DNA of 63,440 bases, counting the filler, from Diploschistes diacapsis (lineage: Eukaryota): the NCBI GenBank assembly GCA_023645945.1. It is 8 parts of 8 records of this genome, joined end to end, with 100 filler letters (N's around TTAATTAATTAA, not from the genome) between each part and the next. Parts side by side here need not be neighbours in the genome. Positions count along the whole stretch, not along the records: positions 53,313 to 58,334 come from JALAIB010001619.1; positions 58,435 to 63,440 come from JALAIB010001620.1; 6 more parts are not named here. One strand, written 5' to 3'. The position numbers were made by a program, and so were the translations under genes. Numbering within the stretch: position 1 is the stretch's first letter; the number at the start of each line of letters is the position of its first letter. The notes beneath the pieces were generated by a model. It was given only the letters and a program-made list of their open reading frames with translations. It had not been told where the DNA came from and searched no databases. Shown piece after piece: positions 54,062 to 63,440 of this stretch.

Positions 54062-55056
54062 TCATGCATGATGTACCATCAAAATGATACCATCATCGAC
54101 AAGCAGAGCTGTGCCGTTGAAGTAGCCAGCTGCGGGCGAGCAGAGAAGGAGGATGGTACCTGCAACCTCATCTGGCTCTGCGGTTCTGCCCAACGGTACC
54201 ACAGCTTCGATCATCGCTTTCAGCTGGGGAGTTTTTTCCAGATCCCGGTCCATCATAGGAGTTCTAACCCAGGCCGGACAAACCGCATTGACCCTGATTA
54301 GGTTCTTAGCACGGTCCAATGCTACCAAATGTTCAGTGAGGTTCAATGAGATTCAATCATGGTTCCTTTTCCATCATACCTGCAGTCTTCGTGATAGCAA
54401 TTACCGCGTGCTTATTTGCAGTATATGTCACTTTTCCAGGCACGCCGATGAATGAGTTGCTGACCCAAGGTTGACAATACTGCCCCAGCCTAGACTTCGA
54501 TCTCCATATCGACCACGATGTATAGCAGGCTCCTGGTTTTTGTAACTTTGCTTATTTCTCGTACAAATAACAGGGTTCCCCGCGCGTTGATGGAGTTGAC
54601 TTTGTCATATTCATCCATTGAGGCTGCGGATACTGGGTTGTTGGTATCTGTTCCCACCTGCGAGAGTAGAATATCAACGAAAGAGTTCCAGTTGAAGGAC
54701 GCAGAACCTACACCGGCAGCATTGACAGCGTAATCAATGCGGCCATATTTATCTATGGCTTTCTCGATCATAGTCTTGACGCTCAGTTCGTCGGCGATAT
54801 CCATGATTATGATGCAAGTATCAAAACTGGAGTTTTTGGAGGCAGCTTTCGCTTTGTCCGCAGTCTCACTGGCGGTTTTGGCATCTTGGTCAGCGATAAT
54901 GACTGCTTTAACACCCGCTTCTGCGAACAAGACGGCTACTTCTTGGCCGATACCTCCTCCGGCCTTGTATCAATGTTAGCACGGTCCAACATTTTTGAAT
55001 TTTCTTTTACTTGCACCTGCGACCAACGCAACGCCTTGGAGTGCTGTTGATGCCAT
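54062..55056 (-). pseudogene. Short-chain dehydrogenase/reductase with two single-base frameshifts (pseudogene or homopolymer sequencing errors)
   Basis: VALVAG|AGGGIG, GRIDYAVNAAG, GSIVNLGS, YTANKHAV (YxxxK), IRVNAVCPAWVRTPM; frame breaks at ~54539 and ~54457. Confidence 0.8.
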
Positions 55057-55469
55057 GTTCTTAGGTAGTGATCCAGGTAGTGCCACCTGGAAGGAAAAGA
55101 GAAATCAGAAAGAGAAGGGGTCGGCGTTTGCTAGTTAGATTAATGATGCCACCTCCGATGCTTGCAAATGAGACGGACAAAGTACATTATGTGCGAGAAA
55201 CAACTTATTCAAGCTATGTTGCATGCCGAGATGCTCCCAACTACTACTAACTCTTGCCTCACATGCAACCACATTCTTTTGGGACTGAAGGCAAGATCGA
55301 CACATTCTACTACAGATCAAAAGTCTCGACAATGGCGGTCGAAGTGCCGGCCCACCTTTACAGAAATCTAAATTCTGCTTTCAGCTGGTTCTAGCGAAAG
55401 CAGACATGCATGTGAGAGGAGGGAGCCCTCAGAACTTTTAGATACTCAGCTCTTCTCTTTTCCAATGAT

Positions 55470-55990
55470 ATAAAGCTGAGCTGAACCCGAGCTCCGAACT
55501 TCTCAATAGGTGCTACTACCTCATATTTGAACTTGTTGCTGCAACATCTACGTTGTTTTGCTTAGATCTTCTGGATATGGTGGGACGATTGGCTTGCCGT
55601 TGCTGCTGTTGTACATCTCGATTTACTCGTGGCACTTCATCTCTGACAAAAGAAGCCATGGCTTGCGGGAGCCATGGTCGTTCTATGGTGGGCAAGCGCC
55701 GTTATCACCAGCCTCGTCCAGTGCATTCCTCTTGAAAAGGCCTGGCTTCCGGAAAGAGGAGGCGCGTGCTTTGATATCTGGGGACCTTGTGGTGGGATGT
55801 TCTACTACAATCAAAAACTGTCTGTGCATTTGCAACCTCTCGTCCTGATCACCGAAAGCGATTGCTGGGAAGGCTTTATAGAGCGCCAAAGCGTTATCCA
55901 CTCTCTTCTATTAGCTGTGGGACACACTGCGCCTCTTTGCCGATCTGACTTCAGTACAGGCCCAATTTCGTGTTGATGGTGTGCTGCAAA
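55470..55990 (+). pseudogene. PTH11-like (fungal rhodopsin-domain) integral membrane protein relic
   Basis: WWASAVITSLVQCIPLEKAWLPERGGACFD matches the QCxPxxxxW..GxC signature; flanking sequence frameshifted; boundaries approximate. Confidence 0.65.
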
Positions 55991-57855
55991 CAGGCTGCTA
56001 TAAAGCACAGTCTTGAGAGACAACCAGGCTACGACCAGGAATCCAGTGCATTGCACTGACACTCAGCTCTCACTCGCTCACCTCGTATTCAGGAAACTGG
56101 GCTGCAAAAAGAGACGTTGCTGCTTGAAGCAAAGCATTTGCGTGTAGATCCCCTACCTCTAGCCCTGCATGATCGAAAGCTGAATACCTTGGAGAACAGA
56201 TCAGGCTCAAGCTTCTCCTGCAGCTGGGAGATTCAACGTTACCATTCAATCTCCAGCTGTCCTATTCTCAGATCATCCTTGTCTTCAGTGCGTCCCTTTC
56301 CATCTACTAATCCCCAATCGCTGTGGACTGTATCATGTAACAAGGGATGCCAACGCATTTCTTGCTGGGTATCTAGCACTACATGGGCTAGTCTGGCTTA
56401 TCCTACTTTTGCAGAATTGGCAGCATCTTCAACCCCGAATACGCGTGCCATATATAGCAGTCATGCGATATTTTCTAAAGCTGCGTTGTTATCGTGTACT
56501 TCAAATTGATTCCAATCGACTTTACAAGCCTACCTATCTCTCAAATTATTCGGGCCCTCAACCCAGTCTCCCCTATCGATACCAATCTTGTCATGTCCTC
56601 TAGAGATGAAATGGAAAAACGTAGCGACAAAATCGATCAAAGAACTTCCCCAGATTTCGATACTGTGAAAAGTGAGGAATACGCGAACCTAACAAGCTTT
56701 CACGTGATGGAATCATAGGCGTGCTGCACATTGCGCTCCGTACACTTCCAACGATGAATCGTCGTAGATATCCTACGTGATTACCGGGCAGCTTAGCCAC
56801 GAAGCCTCCATGGTAAACATTCCCCATGTCACCGAGGTTGGACGTAAACAGGCGCCAACCCTTGAGTCTCCAATAATATACTTTAAACAGTAGAATGATA
56901 TATCTAATTGCTCTCTACCGGGGCCGCAAAACTAGCTGCTGCAGTGTACAGCAGAGCCCCGTCACAGAGCTCCCTTTACAGACCACGGTCTGCCCAATTT
57001 CCTCGGCGCCTGGGTGCATATAGATTCCCCCACTCTGGGCTTTGATGCCTCCCACCCCAGAATTCCCTACTCCTCACTCTGAATGTATTTCCCCCTTATA
57101 TCCTTCCATTGCCGCTGGAGGAATCAGCTGTTCGTGCTTGATTGTGCCATGGAAAGTACAAATACGTACGCCGCGGTTCAGCGAATCCCAAACGGTGTCG
57201 AAGCCTCGGTCAAACGCTCTGCGATAAAATCAGCCCTCGAGCCCCCGTGGAGTGGGGGAACAGGGAGTTCCATACATTTCGAACGCGAATGCGCTGACAA
57301 ATATCGTGGATAGGAAAATGGGGTTTCTGCGGACAACGGCGCTTTGGGACAATTAGCACTCAATGGCCGATGAGGGATGCCCCGTTGGACTTGCTTGTAG
57401 AGGCCATTGAGTACCTGGATTCAACGTCAGCGAGGGAGTTGTAAGGACACAGTGATTGGACATACACCAGCCATGGTAGTGGGATCCTGGATGACAAAAG
57501 AAAGAAATTTGGATGGGTAGAACTTTGTTGTACTTGTGAGGTTTGGAAGTTGCAGAGAAGAAGAGAGCTTGATGGGGCTCAAAGGCTTGGCGCAGGTATG
57601 CAGCACCCGCAGCTTTTTGGATTAAGCTCGAATATTCGGCCCCTCCGGCCTCGCTTCGTTCTCGAAAAGCCATAAAATACTTTCCTTTATCTCGCATATG
57701 TTTTTGTACAGGCAACCCGTTCCACCTAACTAAAGGCCTTCAGACGCCATTCCAGCTAATCTAACTGCACTACATTATCATCTCGCAGTCTTACCAACAA
57801 TTCCGTCCAGCGGCCATAGGAAATATCCCTACCACTACCGAGCACTCCTTTCCAC

Positions 57856-57926
57856 TACACACATACACATACACATACATATACACATAATACCCCCATT
57901 CGCGCTCCCATTCGCGCTCCCATTCG
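57856..57926. repeat. (CATACA)n-like microsatellite and 12-bp tandem repeat (CCCATTCGCGCT x2.7) upstream of PYM1
   Basis: Direct reading. Confidence 0.8.
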
Positions 57927-57957
57927 AAGCTACAAGCGACACTGACCCGCCACAAAA

Positions 57958-58334
57958 ATGCCTCCTCCAAAACCCCCCTCCACCACCTCCACGTCAAACC
58001 TCCCTCCCTCCTCTTCCTCATCCGGCATAATAACAACCCCAACCGGCACGCGGCACATCCCCTCCTCGCTGCGCGCCGACGGCAGCACGCGGCGCGAGAT
58101 CCGGATCCGGCCCGGCTACCGACCGCCCGAGGACGTCGAGCTGTACAAGAACCGGACGGCGGAGGCATGGAAGACGCGCGGTCAAAACAGCGGCAGCGGG
58201 GTGCCCGGCGCAGAAAAGGCGGAGGACGAAGAAAGCCAAGGAAGAGGAGAAGGGGTCAGAGGCGAAGGGGGAAAGAATGTGAAGAGGAGGGAGGCGAGGC
58301 GGAGGAAGGCGAAGGAGAATGCGGGGGAGGGGGA
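57958..58334 (+). CDS. PYM1: Partner of Y14 and Mago (WIBG/Mago-binding domain), 3' end lost in gap
   Basis: RHIPSSLRADGSTRREIRIRPGYRPPEDVELYKNR, then VPGA and KNVKRREARRRK. Confidence 0.9.
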
Positions 58335-58434
58335 NNNNNNNNNNNNNNNNNNNNNNNNNNNNNNNNNNNNNNNNNNNNTTAATTAATTAANNNNNNNNNN
58401 NNNNNNNNNNNNNNNNNNNNNNNNNNNNNNNNNN
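58335..58434. other. Artificial contig spacer
   Basis: 44 N + TTAATTAATTAA + 44 N. Confidence 0.99.
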
Positions 58435-58457
58435 GAACATCTGATCGACTTCACATC

Positions 58458-60470
58458 ATGGTGCGCGCGGCTTCTACCTCCCTTCACAGCATGAAAACCA
58501 TCGGTTCTTCTACATTTGTACTCGTTTGCATGTTCTCAATGTCTCCGTAGGTGCCTCGAGTCGAGGAACGAGCCAGCTCAGAGTCCTTGCGCCCGCCCTT
58601 CCGACGACTTCAAAGCGATCGATCCAAAGTCTCCTTCGTCTCGCCCACCCCATCGATCGATGCGGATGACGAAGGGTCTATGTCCTGGCCTTCAGTCATG
58701 GACCTGAACACAGATCCTCACCAGCAGAAACCTCGTTTTGCCGGTGAGGATACGCGTTCAACCAGCTCCAAGGAGCTATGGGGCTGGTACAGCTACGCCT
58801 GGGCTTCCGAAGTGTTTGCGGTATGCGGAGTGGGTACGTAAAGCAAAGGGGCGTTGATGTTATTCCTCTGCTAACCGCTCCTTTAAGGGTCGTTTATTCC
58901 CATCACTCTGGAGCAACTGGCGCGTGAACAGGCTGTCCTGCTTTCTGATCGCAAAACGCCTTGTCCAATAGAAGGGGGAAAATCGAAGTGTGTTGTGCGC
59001 TTCGCTGGCGGAGAGATAAACACTGCCAGCTTCGCCTTGTACACGTTCTCAGCTAGCGTTCTAGTGCAGGCTTTGGTCATCATCTCCATGTCTGGCGCTG
59101 CGGATCATGGACGGTATAGGAAGAGCTTGCTACTTTCCTTCGCATTCGCCGGCGCCGCCGCAACAATGCTGTTCCTCCCGATAAATCCGTCCCTTCTGAT
59201 CCTTGGCGCCTTGCTCGCGATCCTGGGGAATACATGCTTCGGCGCCGCGAATGTCTTGATGAACTCGTTTCTGCCCCTTCTCGTGCGGCATCATCCTGAG
59301 GTACAGAACGGCCATAAGCGCCGATCAGCGGATCAGGGTTCGCCTGGCGCGATGCGAGCAGACGCTATGGAAGAGGCAGATCCTTCAACTACGCTTCTAC
59401 CCGCTTCCTCCGATCCTAGCTCGACAAACATCACGCCCCCCGTCCCAAAGTCCAGCCCCGAACTCCAACTATCGACGAGAATATCGTCGATTGGCATTGG
59501 GATTGGGTATATAGCGGCAGTGATACTCCAGCTGGTCTCGGTACTAATTCTCCTGATTCTACATTCCGAGGGTTCCGTATTATTTGCGTTGCGAGTGGTG
59601 CTGTTCCTCATCGGTTTCTGGTGGGCTGCCTTCACGATTCCCGCGGCCTTGTATCTGCGGCCACGGCCAGGTCCTTCACTTCCGGCTAAGCATGCTGGCT
59701 CATGGTTCACGTACTTGTCGCATTCATGGGCACTTCTTATTCGTACGATACTTAAAGCGCGGCAGCTGCGAGACATCACAATCTTTCTCCTCGTTTGGTT
59801 CCTACTTTCTGACGCTCTAGCAACGGTCTCGGGAACCGCTATCCTCTTTGCTAAGAACGAGCTTGGCATGGCAACTCCAGCTCTGGGCCTCATCTCCGTT
59901 ATTTCAACCTTGTTCGGCGTTCTGGGGGCATTCACGTGGTCCGCCGTCTCGCGATATTTCAGACTTACTCCAATCCAAACCCTCAGCACTTGCATTGCGC
60001 TTTTCGAATTGATTCCTCTCTATGGTTTGCTTGGGTTCGTCCCAGCTATCCAGCAGCTCGGCGTATTTGGCCTTCAGCAGGATTGGGAAATGTACGTCGT
60101 CGGCGCATTGTACGGTCTGGTTCTTGGAGGTGTGGGTGCATACTGTCGAGCCCTCTACGCTGAGTTGATTCCTCCCGGAAGCGAAGCTGCCTTCTATGCG
60201 CTCTATGCCATCACCGACAAAGGCAGCAGTGTCATCGGCCCCGCGATAGTCGGGGCTATTACTGATCGCTTCGGAGGCATACGACCAGCCTTCGTCTTCC
60301 TTGTGGTTCTAGTGGGACTGCCGTTCCCGCTACTCCTGCTTGTGGATGTTGCACGTGGGAGAGAAGAAGGGAGGAAGTTGGTCAGACTGGAAGGTACGGT
60401 AGGCATCGATGGGCCGGAGTACAGTCCTATCGCTACCCACGATGACTATGAAGCAGAAACGCCTCGATAG
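58458..60470 (+). CDS. ATG22: Vacuolar amino-acid effluxer Atg22 (MFS)
   Basis: [69 protein letters not shown]-only first coding exon then intron 58461-58550. Confidence 0.95.
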
Positions 60471-61153
60471 CAGAATAGGCCAAGGCCATCGTTAAAGCGA
60501 TAGTCTTAGAATTTGCGATACCTGCACAATATGCAAAAGCATATATACAGGCGCAGGGGTTTCAGGAACACAATTATTGACTTGATCATGATTTCGGCGC
60601 ATTGGAGCATGCCGGATGGCACCCTGCAGACTTTCAGGGGGTACGATCAAGTTATCATCCACAACCTGGGGTATTTCGAGGTCATAGCCGTTGCATATCC
60701 GGTCAGCCCGTGATACTGTTCTCTGCATACCACTATGGCTCAAAAGCGACGATGTTGGTGGTTCGAGACATCTTTAACGATATCTGATCATAGCTCTGCT
60801 CTTTTCCGCTTTTGATGAGAACAAATACATTATAACTAATGTCTAACATTTATTTTTAAGTAGAGACAGATCGAGAACTGTTACCACAAATAGAACACTT
60901 TCGCTACCTGAAGCATGCTACCATTACTGATCCGTGGCGATATATGGATGCCGCCTCATAGATACCGACTTGTATACAATTTCATCCTAGCTCGGTGATT
61001 GTATCGGTATTAGTATTAATTGACAAGAGGTAATGCACTGACATAAACATGGAGACGGAGCCCGGCTAAGCCTCGGCTTTATATCGTAAAGACTACTTGC
61101 TATGTACATGTATTTTCGGGAAGGCCGGTGCTCTAATATCTGCATGTCCTGCC

Positions 61154-63440
61154 ATGTCAAATCCCTTAAGGTTATCCTGGACTTGTTCACGTTGCCTCGG
61201 AAAGCAGCAGAAAGTCTCTCGAAGATGCCTTGCAACGGCCGCGACTGCCACCGCTCCTCCTGCTCCAAATCCTGCCACTTATCGAACCGAAACCAAGCGT
61301 GATGACAACATACTGCGGCAGATTTTCGACTCGAGATCATTTTGGCAAGAATATTCAAAATCGAAGCAAGGCCTCTGGGGAAACGAGAATGTGGGCCTTT
61401 TCCAGAACCATCACCTTCGGCGCCCCGAAGGCTTCCAAAGATTTGCGGAGATCACCGCGCAAAGATGCCAAAGGTTGCTCGAGAGGGTCGTGGCGATATC
61501 TACGGTCGAAGAATACAAGAAGATCGTCCAGTATCTGGATTGTATAAGCGATCTGCTGTGTCGTGTAATCGACGTTGCTGACTTTGTGCGGTCCACGCAT
61601 CCCGATCCTGCCTTTCGCAATGCGGCGTTATCGGCGCATTACTCAATGTTTGGGTACATGAACACTTTGAACACCACAAAAGAGCTATATGATCAGTTGG
61701 ATACTGCCCTGAATAACCGGGAGGTGACTTCGTATTGGAATGAGGAGGAGCTCAGGGTCGCACGGATACTGAAGAAGGACTTTTCTCAGTCGGCGATCCA
61801 CCTGCCCAGGGACAAGCGAGAGCTCTTTGTAGAGTACTCGGATATCGCTAACAAGACGGGATCCAGATTCGTCGATAACATCCAGCCTCGAGCATTTGAT
61901 GTGCGTGTGAGAAGTAAGCTTCTTCAGGGGGTAGATCCTCGTATAGTACAGCAGTATACAGATCGGAACGGCTATGCCAGGCTTCCTACGATCGGTCCAG
62001 TGGCTTCGCACGTCCTGAAAGAGGCACAAGATGCATCTGTGCGTCGTGACATGTACATTGCAAGTCGTGTCGCCGCCAATGATCAGATTAAAATGCTGGA
62101 AGAGCTCATGGGAGTTCGCGCACAACTGGCCAAGTTATCGGGATTCGAAAGCTACGGAGAAATGGCACTCAAAGACAAAATGGCCGGGTCTCCCGAGGCA
62201 GTCTCGAAATTTCTCGATGCACTAGCAGGTGAAAACCGAAAGCACGTCAAGGCCGAGCTGGTGCAGCTGCGAGATTTCAGGAGGGAAAGCACAGGCTCCG
62301 GTGCCGGTGCCATTCATGCTTGGGACCGCGAATTCTATCGAGCCCGCATGCTCGAAGCGTCCACCAAACCCACGAGGACATCCGACCTCATTCCCTCATT
62401 TTTCTCGCTCGGCACGGTAATGCAAGGCCTGTCCCGCCTTTTCGACACCCTCTACGGCGTCCGCTTCAAACCCGTCGAGCCCCTACCAGGCGAGACGTGG
62501 TCCCCCGAAGTGCGGCGCTTGGACGTGGTCAACGATAAGGACGAGCGTATCGCCATCGTCTACTGCGATCTCTTCGCCCGCGAAGGCAAGAGCCCGAACC
62601 CAGCCCACTTCACTCTCCGCTGTTCCCGCCTCATCACCGCCTCCGAAATCGCCGAAATCGCCTCCTCCCCAGAACCCCCTCTCCTGCGCAACAACCTCCC
62701 AACCACAGACCCTGTTGCCCTCGCAAACGACGGCATGGCCACGCACATCCTCCCCACACCTCCCCACTCCGCCGTCGGGTCCTCCGGCGCGTACCAGCTC
62801 CCGACCATCGCACTGATCTGCGACTTCAAGCCCCCAACCGCGACGCAAAAGAAACCAACCTTGCTCTCCGCCCAGCACATGACCACCCTCTTCCACGAGA
62901 TGGGCCACGCCATCCATTCCATCCTCGGCCGCACCACGCTGCAGAACGTGTCCGGCACCCGCTGCGCCACCGACTTCGCCGAGCTGCCCTCCATCCTCAT
63001 GGAGCACTTCGCCACCGATCCCGCCGTGCTGGGCCTGTACGCGCGCCACTGGGAGTCGGACGCCCCGCTGCCGCCGCACCTCGCGCGCCAGATCCAGGCC
63101 CAGGCCCGCGCGGCCGAGGGTCCGAGAGAGGGGGCGGCGGACACGGAGTGGCAGATTGTACTGTCGGCCCTGGACCAAGCGTATCACTCGCCGCTCGCCC
63201 TGGCCGGACGGCCGGGGCAGGGCGAGGGTGGAGCCTTCGACAGCACGGCCATCGCGCACAGCGTGTATGCCAAATATAGCTCGGTGCCCGAGCCCGGGGA
63301 AACGCGCTGGCAGGGCTTTTTCGGACACCTGGTGGGCTACGGCGCGAGCTACTACGCGTACCTGTTCGACCGGGTGATTGCCGCAAGGGTCTGGGAGGAG
63401 GTGTTTGCAGGGGGAAGCGGGGGGGCGGCGGTGCAGAGGG
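61154..63440 (+). CDS. OCT1: Mitochondrial intermediate peptidase (M3A), runs off the window end; absent from the ORF track
   Basis: MSNPLRLSWTCSRC presequence, SDLLCRVIDVADFVRSTHPD, LFHEMGH (HExxH), GTRCATDFAELPSILMEHF, FGHLVGYGASYYAYLFDR. Confidence 0.96.
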   Translation, partial: MSNPLRLSWTCSRCLGKQQKVSRRCLATAATATAPPAPNPATYRTETKRDDNILRQIFDSRSFWQEYSKSKQGLWGNENVGLFQNHHLRRPEGFQRFAEITAQRCQRLLERVVAISTVEEYKKIVQYLDCISDLLCRVIDVADFVRSTHPDPAFRNAALSAHYSMFGYMNTLNTTKELYDQLDTALNNREVTSYWNEEELRVARILKKDFSQSAIHLPRDKRELFVEYSDIANKTGSRFVDNIQPRAFDVRVRSKLLQGVDPRIVQQYTDRNGYARLPTIGPVASHVLKEAQDASVRRDMYIASRVAANDQIKMLEELMGVRAQLAKLSGFESYGEMALKDKMAGSPEAVSKFLDALAGENRKHVKAELVQLRDFRRESTGSGAGAIHAWDREFYRARMLEASTKPTRTSDLIPSFFSLGTVMQGLSRLFDTLYGVRFKPVEPLPGETWSPEVRRLDVVNDKDERIAIVYCDLFAREGKSPNPAHFTLRCSRLITASEIAEIASSPEPPLLRNNLPTTDPVALANDGMATHILPTPPHSAVGSSGAYQLPTIALICDFKPPTATQKKPTLLSAQHMTTLFHEMGHAIHSILGRTTLQNVSGTRCATDFAELPSILMEHFATDPAVLGLYARHWESDAPLPPHLARQIQAQARAAEGPREGAADTEWQIVLSALDQAYHSPLALAGRPGQGEGGAFDSTAIAHSVYAKYSSVPEPGETRWQGFFGHLVGYGASYYAYLFDRVIAARVWEEVFAGGSGGAAVQR

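Noticed and set aside
58539..58553. ATG TCT CCG TAG GTG as a premature stop needing A-to-I editing in ATG22
   Set aside because: The TAG is better explained as the splice acceptor of intron 58461-58550
60730..60775. tRNA-like A/B boxes (TGGCTCAA..GGTTCGAGAC)
   Set aside because: Spacing too short and no cloverleaf
62483..63328. 281-aa and other long antisense ORFs (also 59333-59995, 16292-16795)
   Set aside because: Shadows of GC-rich sense-strand genes (OCT1, ATG22, orphan coiled-coil gene)

Overview
Eukaryotic, intron-rich filamentous-ascomycete (Pezizomycotina-like) DNA. It is not one locus: eight contigs are joined by seven artificial 100-bp spacers (44 N + TTAATTAATTAA + 44 N), and contigs 2-8 fall in descending size order (5047 to 5006 bp), so no linkage should be inferred across gaps. 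Contig 1 (1-27511) carries mostly housekeeping genes: type-2 asparaginase, COX15, a BTB protein, a MAM3-like CNNM/CBS protein, an OYE-family oxidoreductase, a KCH1-like protein, a 12-intron lysyl-tRNA synthetase, a GMPPA-type mannose-1-P guanylyltransferase and a RING-H2 protein. It also carries an orphan membrane-anchored coiled-coil gene. Directly after that gene's stop codon lies a non-coding tandem array of 7 (possibly 8) conserved bulged hairpins with compensatory base changes; this is the best candidate for an undescribed element. The small contigs hold a 2OG-Fe(II) oxygenase, BRN1, FIP1, ASK1, PYM1, ATG22 and OCT1. They also hold RIP-eroded, partly nested pogo/Fot1 transposon ends and several decayed accessory genes (GMC oxidoreductase, DUF4430-like, Zn2Cys6 TF with a TGA at a conserved Cys, SDR, PTH11-like). 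All family assignments are from motif recognition by eye, not database searches.
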